Shown: piece after piece, positions 18,949 to 28,661 of the stretch
Position numbering within the stretch: the stretch's first letter is position 1
How the letters are laid out: every line of letters starts with the position of its first letter
Origin: an uncultured Chthonomonadaceae bacterium
GTDB taxonomy: Bacteria > Armatimonadota > Chthonomonadetes > Chthonomonadales > Chthonomonadaceae
Direction of reading: 5' to 3'
Length of the DNA stretch: 64,000 nt
NCBI GenBank assembly: GCA_963835065.1
Contig: CAWIEK010000037.1
Location: forward strand, 32,001-96,000
The notes under the pieces: model-generated
What the model was told of the DNA's origin: nothing
The model's database searches: none
What the model saw: only the letters and a program-made list of their open reading frames with translations
Program-made: the position numbers and the translations under genes

Positions 18949-19414
18949 CCCTCTTCCGGGCGCGGTAATTGTAGACGCCAACATTGCCGTTGCGATTGCT
19001 GCAAAGGAGACGGGGCGTGAGGCGTTAGCAACGGCGGAACTTAGCAGTTATGCTGCACAAGGGTATGAATGGTACGCGCCCGGAGCAATCACAACAGAAA
19101 CTCTTTATGCGCTGTGCCAAAAGTTTCATGCCGGACTGCTCACATTGGTGGAGTACGAAAAAGCGATCAGCAGTCTGGAAGCGTTGATAAGCAGTCTTTT
19201 GCCGCCTCCTGATGGTGACAGCGCCCTGATTCATCGCGCCTATGACATTGCGAAAAGTTATGGCTGCAGCCGTTCTGCGGATGCTGTCTATATTGCATTA
19301 GCAGAGGAGTTGGCTAAAACGCGGACAACCGTGCTGCTGACGTTCGATCAAGACCTTCCTAAACAAGCGGCCAAACACGCGCCGACAGTAACCGCGCGAT
19401 TGTTGACAATATAG
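18929..19414 (+). CDS. VapC/PIN-domain toxin
   Basis: VIVDANIAVA, DAVYIALAE, LLTFD motifs; overlaps the antitoxin stop. Confidence 0.88.
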   Translation: MTNAPSSPLPGAVIVDANIAVAIAAKETGREALATAELSSYAAQGYEWYAPGAITTETLYALCQKFHAGLLTLVEYEKAISSLEALISSLLPPPDGDSALIHRAYDIAKSYGCSRSADAVYIALAEELAKTRTTVLLTFDQDLPKQAAKHAPTVTARLLTI

Positions 19415-19456
19415 TATCGGCGCTATCTGCTACAGTATAGAGGATAAGAGGATTTC

Positions 19457-20707
19457 ATGGCGCGTTCGGTTCGCGTGATGCACTTTGCCGATACCCATTT
19501 CGGCGTGGAATTGTATGGGCGGCTGGACCCGGATACCGGCCTGAATTCCCGATTAAAGGATTTCAAGCAGTCGCTGCTGAAGGCCATTGACCTGGCATTG
19601 GAAGCCGAGATTGATCTGGCGGTCTTTGCCGGGGATGCGTACAAAACCCGTGACCCGCGCCAGACCGATCAGCGCGAATTTGCGGATTGTATTCGACGGT
19701 TGACGACCAACAACATTCCCGTCGTGATGATCGCGGGCAACCACGACATGCCGGCGGTGCGCGGGCGCGCGAACGCGGTGGAGATTTACCATACGCTGGG
19801 CGTGGAAAACGTGCATGTGCTGCGCAAGCCGGAAACCCTTCTGGTGCATACCCGCGCCGGGCAGGTTCGCGTGGCCGCGATGCCGTACCTGATTAAAGGC
19901 TACTCCGTTGCCCGCGACGAGTTTCAGAACAAGACCATTGATGAAACCCGCCTCCTGCTGGAACAAAAGTACGCCGACTATCTGCAATTGCTTGCCGATG
20001 AAGTGCGCGAAGCCAACGACGCGATACCCACGATTCTGCTTGGACACTTTTGGGCGAATGGCGCGAAACTGTCCACCTGGCAGGAGGGCTATTTTACGAT
20101 GGGCGAGCCGAAGGTGGCGCTTGCCAGCCTGACCGACCCTGCTTTCGATTACGTCGCGCTTGGGCATATTCACAAGCATCAGGACTTGAATAAGAACGGC
20201 CAGCCGCATGTCGTGTATTCCGGCAGCCCGGACCGCATTGATTTTGGCGAAAAGGACGAGCGCAAGGGCTTTGTGCTGGTAGACTTGTATAAGGGCGGCG
20301 CGGATTACAAGTTTATCCCCGTAGACGAGGGGCGCGAACTGCTTGAAATCGAAGTGGATTGCGAGGGCGACGAGCCGACCGAAAAAATCATTGCCGAAGT
20401 TAAGAAACACGCGCTGCGCAACAACATCGTCAAGCTGACCTACAAAATTGACCATGCCAAACTGCCGCAAATCCGCGAACGCGACATCCGCGATGCCCTC
20501 GCTCCCGCTTTTATGGTGGTTTCCATCAACCGCAAGGTGCAGCGCCAGGATCGGGAACGGGGCCGCGCCTTCACGGAAAGCATCAGCCCCCGCGAAGCCC
20601 TGAACCTGTTCATAGACGCCAACGACAAACTCAAGCCCCGCAAAGACGACCTTCTCACCTACGCCGAACCGCTGTTTAAGGAGTTGGCGGAGGAGGAAGG
20701 ATACTGA
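19457..20707 (+). CDS. sbcD: SbcD/Mre11 nuclease subunit
   Basis: ADTHFG, AGDAY, GNHD, LGHIH and YSGSPDRIDFGE metallophosphoesterase motifs. Confidence 0.95.
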   Translation: MARSVRVMHFADTHFGVELYGRLDPDTGLNSRLKDFKQSLLKAIDLALEAEIDLAVFAGDAYKTRDPRQTDQREFADCIRRLTTNNIPVVMIAGNHDMPAVRGRANAVEIYHTLGVENVHVLRKPETLLVHTRAGQVRVAAMPYLIKGYSVARDEFQNKTIDETRLLLEQKYADYLQLLADEVREANDAIPTILLGHFWANGAKLSTWQEGYFTMGEPKVALASLTDPAFDYVALGHIHKHQDLNKNGQPHVVYSGSPDRIDFGEKDERKGFVLVDLYKGGADYKFIPVDEGRELLEIEVDCEGDEPTEKIIAEVKKHALRNNIVKLTYKIDHAKLPQIRERDIRDALAPAFMVVSINRKVQRQDRERGRAFTESISPREALNLFIDANDKLKPRKDDLLTYAEPLFKELAEEEGY

Positions 20708-20711
20708 GGAG

Positions 20712-20831
20712 AGTAGTCAGTAGCCAGTAGTCAGTAGTCAGTAGAACGTCTCTATTGGCAGCCGTGTGCAAACATGCAACACAGAGAAAACAGCATTTCT
20801 ACTGGCTACTGACTACTGGCTACTGACTACT
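20712..20831. repeat. 35-bp inverted repeat built of AGTAG[T/C]C heptamers around a 50-nt spacer
   Basis: 20712-20746 matches the reverse complement of 20797-20831 at 34 of 35 positions. Confidence 0.95.
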
Positions 20832-20837
20832 TCTATT

Positions 20838-23397
20838 ATGATTCCTACCAAACTGACCCTGAAAAACTTCATGAGCTATGGAGCCGAGCCGGTGACGCTG
20901 CCGTTTGAGGGGCTGCATGTCGCCTGCCTGTCGGGGGACAACGGCAACGGCAAGTCCGCCATTCTGGACGCGATTACGTGGGCGCTGTGGGACAAAACAC
21001 GCGCCCCAAGCAAGGATGACGTGATTCGCGTGGGCGCGGACGAAGTAGAGGTTCAGTTCGAGTTTGACCTGAATGAGCAGCATTACCGCGTGATTAAGAA
21101 GCGGCGGCGGGGCAAGGCGACGGGCAGCGAGTGGCAGCTTGCGCAGCGCGACAGCCTGGGCAATTATACGCCTGTCGGCGGCAGCAATCAGCGCGAAGTG
21201 GGCAGGCAGATCGTGCAGCTGCTGAGTATGGAGTACGAGACGTTTCTCAATTCCGCGTATTTGCAGCAGGGCCATGCCGATGAGTTTACGCGGCAATCGC
21301 CCGACAAGCGCAAGCAGATTTTGGGCGAGATTTTGGGATTGGAGCGTTATGCGCGCTTAGAAGAAAAAGCGCGCGAACGCATGAAGGAGCGCAAGGAAGC
21401 CGTCGAAGAACTGGAAATGCAGATACGGCTGCTCGAACTCGGAAGTCGCCAATTTGCCTTCGTATGAAGAGCAGTTAGAGCAGACGCGGCTGCGATTGGG
21501 CGAAACGGCATCGCTTGTGGAAAAGCAGGAGGCTGTCACCACGAACCTGCGCGAACGCAAGGCGCAACTGGACGCGCTTGCCGGGCAGGTGGAGCAGGCG
21601 CGGGGTGTTGTGCAGCGCATTGTGGAAGACATCAAACTGCGCGAGGCCGAGCGGTGCAATCAGCTTGCGCAGTTGGAAAAGCTGCAAAAAACAGTTGCGC
21701 AGAAGGAAGCCATTGCAGGCGATTACGCCCAATTGCAAAACGCTTACAAGCGGCGCGATATTTTGGAGCCGGAAATTGAAGCGTTCAACAAGGCCAACAA
21801 GGATTTAAGCACGGTCATCGGCACAATTGACGGCCTGGAAAAAGAACTGCGCGGCGAAATCCGCCTGTTTGAAAACAAAGCGCAGACAGCCGAGGAGCGG
21901 AACCGGGAACGCGCCAAGCTGGAAACGCAGATTGCCACGCTGCGCGACGGCCTGACAGACAGCAAGAGCGTGGAAGCCGAACTCGCCCGCGTCCTTATTC
22001 TGCAGGAAGAAACGCAGCAATCTTTTGCCGACCTGAGCGCGCGCAATAAGGAATTGACAGCCGCGCTTGCCGAACTGGACGAAGTGTTGGAACTGCTGAA
22101 AGGGCCTCACGCTTCCTGCCCGGTTTGCGAAAGCGATTTGAGCGGCAAAAAGCACGAGGCGGTACTGGCGCGGCAGCAGGCCAAGAAAACGCAGATGCAG
22201 CAGGAGCAGAAACAGGTTCGGCAGGACGGCGCGGCGAAAAAGCAATCTCTGACGCAGGTTCAGGAGCAGGCCGCAATGCTGACAAAGCAGCGCGACGAGC
22301 AGACCGCCCGCGCCAATCGTCTGCGCGACCTGACCGCCCGACTGGAAACTTATGCGCAAGCCGCGTCGGAACTGGAAGCCGCGCGTAAGAACCTGAGCGT
22401 CCTGCAAACGCGGCTGAATACGAACGATTACGCGGCTCCGCAGCGCCTGCAGCGGCAACGCCTGGAGCGCGAACTGGATCGGCTGAAACTGGCGCGTCAG
22501 GAATACGAAGTTGTAAGACAGCAAATTACGCGCCTGGAGCCCAGCAGCAAGCGTATCCATGAACTGCAGCAGGCGGAAGACGCCTTGCCGCAAGCCCTTG
22601 CGGAAAAAGCGCGGCTGGAACAAGTCCTAATCGGCAAAAACAAGGAACGGCAGGAAGCGGAAGACCGTCGAAACCAATTACAAGAGCGGTTGGGACAGTA
22701 CGAGGAAATCAAGCGGCAGGCGGCGGTTGCGGAAGCGGATTTTGCCCGGCTGCGAGAGGAATTCAATAGCCTGAAAATTAGGGAAGGCAGTTTTGTTAAG
22801 TATATTGCTGACTGCGCGGGCGCGGCCATTCAGAAAAAAGACCGGGAAAAGGAACGCGCCAAAGCCGATGATGAGAAACGGCTGTACACCGCGCTGGCAA
22901 ATGCGTTCGGCAGAAAAGGCGTACAGGCGCTGATTATCGAAAACGCCATTCCCGAATTGCAGGACGAAGCCAATACGCTTCTGGCGCGGATTACCGATAA
23001 TGCCATGCAGGTGATGTTCCATACCACCAAAATCCTGAAATCGTCCAAAGAAGAAGCGGAAACGCTGGACATTGAAGTAATGGACGACCTGGGTTCGCGC
23101 CCGTATGAAATGTTCAGCGGGGGCGAAGCGTTCCGCGTCAATTTCGCCATTCGCATTGCCCTGTCGCGCCTGCTGGCCCGTCGTTCGGGGGCGCGTCTGC
23201 AAACCCTGATACTGGACGAAGGTTTCGGCTCACAGGACGGCAAAGGACGCGAAAAATTAATCGAAGCGATAGACGGCATCAAGGAAGATTTCGAGAAAAT
23301 CTTAGTCATTACGCACGTGGACGAGCTAAAAGATGCGTTCTCGCAGCGTATTGAAGTGACAAAAGACGCCAACGGCTCCCACATTCACGTCATGTAG
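20838..23397 (+). CDS. sbcC: SbcC/Rad50 SMC-like ATPase, single frameshift near 21438
   Basis: Walker A GDNGNGKS, zinc hook CPVC, signature FSGGE, Walker B LILDEGFG, coiled coils. Confidence 0.93.
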
Positions 23398-23472
23398 TTA
23401 GGGTTTTATGGTTTTAGGGTTCTATGGCGCACTACTAAAACAAATTTTGAATGTTCTAAGATAATGGGGGGT

Positions 23473-23778
23473 ATGTCAATGGCAGAAGCGCCAGTAACTT
23501 CAGCTGCGGCAGAAGAACTTCGTCTTCCTACTGGAACTGACAATACGGAAGATACGGCTAATGCTCGACAGGCGTTACATGAGTCTTGCAATTTGTCTGC
23601 CTGCGTTGAAAGCGATACAAACGCCTGCGCCTCGCGCTTTTACGAGTTAGTAGATAAAGAGTTTCTTAGTATCTTAACTTCGGAAGAAATTAAGGAACTT
23701 GACGTTTTAACAAAGTGGCGCGATGACCAGAAATCTGCCTTTTACAGAAGCGTAGTTCTGGAACAGACAATGGAGTAG
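23473..23778 (+). CDS. Hypothetical acidic protein, possible antitoxin/partner of the HNH nuclease
   Basis: RFYELVDKE...LTSEEIKELDVL motif; ends 9 nt before the HNH start. Confidence 0.55.
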   Translation: MSMAEAPVTSAAAEELRLPTGTDNTEDTANARQALHESCNLSACVESDTNACASRFYELVDKEFLSILTSEEIKELDVLTKWRDDQKSAFYRSVVLEQTME

Positions 23779-23787
23779 TAGACGTAT

Positions 23788-24289
23788 ATGGGACGCTTTG
23801 AACGCGCGAGGCCCGCCCCTGATGTTGACGGAACGAAGTATGACCGCTTTCAAGAATTTGTCCGCGCCGATTTTGAGCAATGTTGCGCTTATTGTTACTT
23901 GCACGAAGATCATATCGGCGGGCAACGGCATTTTGAAATAGATCATTTTTGCCCACGTAAACCTTGCCCGGATAAAGTAGACGATTATTACAATCTATAC
24001 TGGTGCTGTCACGGGTGTAATAAAGCCCGGTTGTAAACACGCGCACTGGCCCAGCGCGGAACTCATTGCGTTAGGCTACGGCTTTGTTGATTTGTGCGAA
24101 GACCATTTTGAAGACCATTACTCTCTCCTGCCGGATGGCACACTAAATGCTCTTACCAAAAAAGCAGAGTACACCATCCGGCATATAGGCTTAAACTGTA
24201 GCGACTTGAAACGCCTCCGCGCTCGTTTACAGCAGCAGAAGCAACGCATGGATGCCGGGTACATCCTTCGCCAACAGCCAGATGAGTGA
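23788..24289 (+). CDS. HNH endonuclease, frameshifted near 24030
   Basis: CAYC, EIDHFCP, NLYWCCHGCN; continuation HWP...D.CEDH...YTI..IGLN in another frame. Confidence 0.82.
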
Positions 24290-24411
24290 TGAATTGCGAA
24301 GGCACTGACAGGTTTTGTGCTGAGTAACTACTCATAAGCAACCGGATATACATTCCGGTGAGTACCAAACGACAACATTCCACAGTTTATCTTTTACAGT
24401 GAGGTTGACAG

Positions 24412-24723
24412 ATGAGTACAGCAACAATGGCCCCGGAGCGTACCACGACGATTTTGCCCGAACGGGAAGATCGGCGGCTGGACGATTATAACGGCAGCGG
24501 CTATATCGTGATCGTGTATGACAACGACACCAACAAGGTGGATGAGGTCATCAGCATTTTGATGCAGGCGACGGCCTGTACGCAGGAAGAAGCGGAAATC
24601 GAAACGTGGGAAGTGGACACGCTCGGCAAGTCAGTCGTGCATCATGGCAGTGAGCCGGAGTGCGAGCGGGCGGCAAGCATCATTCGCACCATCGGTATTC
24701 GCGTCGAAGTGGTCGAGGAGTGA
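24412..24723 (+). CDS. clpS: ATP-dependent Clp protease adaptor ClpS-like
   Basis: Y.VIVYDND.N..DEVI.IL and EVD..GKSVV patterns. Confidence 0.8.
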   Translation: MSTATMAPERTTTILPEREDRRLDDYNGSGYIVIVYDNDTNKVDEVISILMQATACTQEEAEIETWEVDTLGKSVVHHGSEPECERAASIIRTIGIRVEVVEE

Positions 24724-24738
24724 ACGCGCAGCGCGCCT

Positions 24739-27552
24739 ATGTTTTCCATACCTCGTTTGCCCAACCCTTACCTGAGCGCGTTTGCCGCCCTGCGGACTAG
24801 CGCGGACATTGCCGACTGCCTGCACTTCGAGCGGAACAAGCTGCTGGACACGTTGCGGCAGCCATCCGCTCTGGCATCTGCTATGGACAGGAAAGGGGAA
24901 GTTCCGCATCAGGAGGCACGGGGACTGGCCTTCTGCCATGCCCTGAGCGACCTGATGGACGCTTTTTTGCTGCGCCTGCTGACACTTGCCTGTGAGCGCG
25001 TGGGCGTGGATTGGTGTTCGCTGTCGCTGTCGCTGATTGCGACGGGCGGGTATGGCCGGCGCGAACTCTGCCCCTTTTCCGATATTGACATTACGTTTAT
25101 CCCTCTCCGTGACGCCGACCCCCGCATTGACAAACTGATACGCGACCTGTTTACCCAAATAATGGACGTTTGCATCGGCAAATGCGGCCTGAAAGTTGGC
25201 TACGGCTACCGGCTGTTGGATGACTGCGCCAATTTAGACCATCAAACCGCAAGCGGCCTGCTGGATGCCCGCTTGATTGCCGGAAGCGAGCGCTTGTTCA
25301 TTCAGTTTGAAGATGCGTTTTGGACGGGTTTCAATTCCGCCGATTTTATTTTTGCCAAGCTGGCCGAACGGCGGCAAATGCTGGCGAAATGGGGGGATTT
25401 GCCGCGCGTTGTGGAGCCGCAGCTGAAGGAGGGCGCGGGAGGGCTGCGCGACATTCATACCGCCCTGTGGCTGGCGCAGGCGCGCGAGAATTTTGCCGCT
25501 GCGCGGATGCGCGGAACGCGCGGGCTGGAAATGCTGCAGCGCGAACAGTATCTCAGCGCGGAAGAAGCGCAGCGGCTTGGACTGGCGCGCGAAAAATTGC
25601 TGCAATGCCGGAACCTGCTGCATGTGTTGAGCGGGGGAGCGCGCGACCTGCTGGCGCGTACCCGGCAGGAAGATATTGCCGAGCATCTGGGATATGACCG
25701 GGCAGACTTAAACCGGGAGTCGCCGCCTGTGGAGCGGTTCATGGCGGATTTGTACCCGCATCTGGCGTTTGCGCGGCGCATGGCGGAGCATGTGATGCAG
25801 CGCGTGGAAAACAGCCGCCTGATGTTGGGTATCGGGCTGGATTGCCGCCGCCGCCGCATCGTGCCCGCAAACGGCGCATTGGAAACGGATGATCCGACGT
25901 GGCTGCTGTGGGCGTGCGAACTGGCGCAAAAATACGACCTGGCCTTCCATTACCGATTGGAACAAGCCTGCGCCGAATTGCTGGACATCCACCCGGAAGT
26001 GGCCGACCCGCTGACGGCGGCGCAGATGTTTACCCGCATCCTGAGCAAAACCGGCAAGGTTGCGCCCATTGTGCAGCGCATGGCGGAATTGGGCATCTTG
26101 GGCTGGTTTGTACCGGAATTTGGCCGAATCATGGACTTAATTCCGTATGACCCGTCTCACGAATACACGGTTGGACAGCATACCCTCCGGCTTCTGCACT
26201 ACCTGGATCAGTTGACCGACGAGCGCGAAAACAACTCCTTAACGCGGCAGGCGGGCGAGGAATGGCCGGACATGCGGCAAGTGCTGCGGCAACTGGGCCA
26301 CCCGGAGCAGTTGGCGCTTGCCATTCTGCTGCACGACTGCGGCAAGTCGCTGCCGGGCGGAACGCACATGGATGTGGGCGCGGAAATCGCCGAGCGCATA
26401 TGCCGGCGTTTGGGATGGGAGGCGACAGCAACCGCGAATGTCGTGTTTCTTGTCCGTCACCATTTGCTGATGGCCGAAACCTCGCGCTGGCGCGATTTGA
26501 ATTTGGAAGAAACCCTTCAGGATTTTGTACGCATTGTGGACGATCCTGACCGTCTGGACATGCTGTACCTGCTGACGTATGTGGATACGCGGGCGGTTGG
26601 CGAAAACGTGTGGTCGCAGGTGAATGGCCGGTTTCTGAACGAACTTTGGCGGCGAGCGGCGGAAATCCTGAACGCGCAGGCGGCTGTCGCGCCCGAAGCG
26701 GAGCGGGTGGCGCGGGCGCGTACGCGCATGGTTAAAAACCTGAAACTGGAGAACCTGCCCGAAGCGGAAGTGACGGAACACGTTCAGTTGATGCCGCCGC
26801 ACTATCTGCTCAATCAGAGTCAAGAGCGGATTGCCCTGCACATTGGCATGGTGCGGCGGGCGCGGCAGGGCGAGTGCGTGGTTGATTTTTATGATGCGCG
26901 GGACGCCACGTACTCGGAACTGACCGTTTGTACGATTGACGACCCGCAGCCGGGCCTGCTTGCCAAAATCGCCGCCGTGCTGTACGCGGGTGAACTGACG
27001 GTACACAGCGCGCAGGTGTTTACCCGCGCGGATGCGCGGGATCGAATCGCGCTGGATACGCTGTGGGTGGATTTTCGCGGGCGGCAATTGTCGCCGGGAA
27101 AGCAGGGCGAGATTACGGGCTGGCTGCAAAGCGTCATAAAGGGAAAGTTGTCCATCCCGGATGTGTTGAAAAAGCGACGGGTAATAGGCCGAGCGTCCGG
27201 TACGCCGCCTGCCGGGTTGCTGAAATCGGCTGCCGCGTTGGGAACAGCCGAATCGCCGACCTCGGTATTGGCAAACGAGCCAGAGATGGGACGTGCGACC
27301 AGCGTCCTGAGCGTTCACCATGATCTCGCGGGCGCGCTGACCTTTGTGGAAACCGAGGACACGGACATGATGGGCGGGCTGTTTTGGACGAGTCAGGCAT
27401 TGGCAAATCTCGGTTGGGATATTCAAAGCGCCCGCGTCAGCGTGTGGCATGGCATGGCGCGCGCTTCTTTTTACGTTGCGGGCGCGCGGGCGCTGTCGGA
27501 AACCGAAACGCGCCATCTGCTCACGCAGGCGTTATCCAACCCGATCCCTTGA
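24739..27552 (+). CDS. glnD: Uridylyltransferase/uridylyl-removing enzyme GlnD
   Basis: ATGGYGRRELCPFSDID, EPQLKEGAGGLRD, HEYTV..H, LLHDCGK, ACT domain D.PGLL. Confidence 0.92.
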   Translation: MFSIPRLPNPYLSAFAALRTSADIADCLHFERNKLLDTLRQPSALASAMDRKGEVPHQEARGLAFCHALSDLMDAFLLRLLTLACERVGVDWCSLSLSLIATGGYGRRELCPFSDIDITFIPLRDADPRIDKLIRDLFTQIMDVCIGKCGLKVGYGYRLLDDCANLDHQTASGLLDARLIAGSERLFIQFEDAFWTGFNSADFIFAKLAERRQMLAKWGDLPRVVEPQLKEGAGGLRDIHTALWLAQARENFAAARMRGTRGLEMLQREQYLSAEEAQRLGLAREKLLQCRNLLHVLSGGARDLLARTRQEDIAEHLGYDRADLNRESPPVERFMADLYPHLAFARRMAEHVMQRVENSRLMLGIGLDCRRRRIVPANGALETDDPTWLLWACELAQKYDLAFHYRLEQACAELLDIHPEVADPLTAAQMFTRILSKTGKVAPIVQRMAELGILGWFVPEFGRIMDLIPYDPSHEYTVGQHTLRLLHYLDQLTDERENNSLTRQAGEEWPDMRQVLRQLGHPEQLALAILLHDCGKSLPGGTHMDVGAEIAERICRRLGWEATATANVVFLVRHHLLMAETSRWRDLNLEETLQDFVRIVDDPDRLDMLYLLTYVDTRAVGENVWSQVNGRFLNELWRRAAEILNAQAAVAPEAERVARARTRMVKNLKLENLPEAEVTEHVQLMPPHYLLNQSQERIALHIGMVRRARQGECVVDFYDARDATYSELTVCTIDDPQPGLLAKIAAVLYAGELTVHSAQVFTRADARDRIALDTLWVDFRGRQLSPGKQGEITGWLQSVIKGKLSIPDVLKKRRVIGRASGTPPAGLLKSAAALGTAESPTSVLANEPEMGRATSVLSVHHDLAGALTFVETEDTDMMGGLFWTSQALANLGWDIQSARVSVWHGMARASFYVAGARALSETETRHLLTQALSNPIP

Positions 27553-27721
27553 CAGCAGGGGAAATGGGTATTATACTGAACATAGGGACAGGCTGCTCTT
27601 GCGGTGTCCTGTTCCTATAGAAAGCCCTTGCGATGCGCGGTGATTCGCTCTGGCTTGTCCTTCATTCCCATTCATTTTGCTGCGATGATGCAGAAGGTTT
27701 GTTCTCAGGAGGTTTGTGATT

Positions 27722-28195
27722 ATGAAGCGAGGTTACAGTGCTTCGACGTTTATTCTCGTCGCGATGCTGCTGGGCGTTCTGGTGTGGATTGGCAGCAAGG
27801 TAAATCCCCCGCCTGCGGGCGGGCATGACGATCATGATGAGGCGAAGGCAGCAGCGGCTTCGCAGCCGCCGGAGCCTAAAATGGCTCCCATGCCCAAGAA
27901 TATAGACCAGAAATCCGGCAAAAAGGTGCTGCCTGTAGAAGCCGCTCCGACTTCAGCGGGCCTTGCGTCGGCAGGATCGCCGACGGCTGTGGGTACGCCA
28001 ACATCGGGCGGCGCTCCGACTTCCGGGGCAACCACGACGATGCCGGCTTCCTCGAAAGAATACATGGACAAAATGAAGGCGCACATGCCTATGTCGTCTG
28101 GCGCGGCTCGCAAGCCCGACGGCATGGACGCAACGTTCTGGCGCGAACATGACATGGGCACGGTCACGCCCGCTCCCGACCCGAAACCGCATTAA
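27722..28195 (+). CDS. Hypothetical membrane-anchored low-complexity protein
   Basis: SD AGGAGG, N-terminal TM segment, Pro/Ala/Thr-rich. Confidence 0.65.
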   Translation: MKRGYSASTFILVAMLLGVLVWIGSKVNPPPAGGHDDHDEAKAAAASQPPEPKMAPMPKNIDQKSGKKVLPVEAAPTSAGLASAGSPTAVGTPTSGGAPTSGATTTMPASSKEYMDKMKAHMPMSSGAARKPDGMDATFWREHDMGTVTPAPDPKPH

Positions 28196-28212
28196 GCGCC
28201 TATCTCGAATGG

Positions 28213-28255
28213 CCCTCAACCCCTGGCCCCTTCTCCCAACTTTGGGAGAAGGGGA
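28213..28255. repeat. CCCTC.CCCC..CCC.TCTCCC/GGGAGA.GGG palindromic repeat; relatives at ~43473-43520 and 54244-54280
   Basis: CCCCTTCTCCCAA-c-TTTGGGAGAAGGGG hairpin. Confidence 0.7.
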
Positions 28256-28389
28256 ATTTATTGGAAATAGGTTCTAATCCTTCCGCGCTAAATGCAGGTC
28301 AGCCCTCGTCTATACTCTTGTAGGCGAGGGCTATATTTGGGGCGGAAGAATCTTTTTCACGGATAATACTTGTTTTTTGCGAATCCTAC

Positions 28390-28418
28390 TTGACAAGCCA
28401 ATGAGATTATGCTAGGAT
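28390..28418 (+). promoter_or_regulatory. Sigma70 promoter
   Basis: TTGACA-17 nt-TAGGAT with an extended -10 TG. Confidence 0.65.
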
Positions 28419-28661
28419 ATTCCAACTACCACAAATCCACATTTTCACGCAACATCTATACCTCACCTTGCTGTCAGGTCGCATTGGAACTACCCTGAGT
28501 ATCATTGCTGTATGCAGCCGACGCCGCGTTACTATCGCGCCGAGGCTTTCCTTCTGAATCTCACAATTTTGTAGTGGCCGGACGCCTGCTTTCCCCTGCG
28601 CTGGAAGCAACGCCGGTGAAGTTTGGGCATTTCACTTTCCGTTATATTTCAAGGAGGCGAC

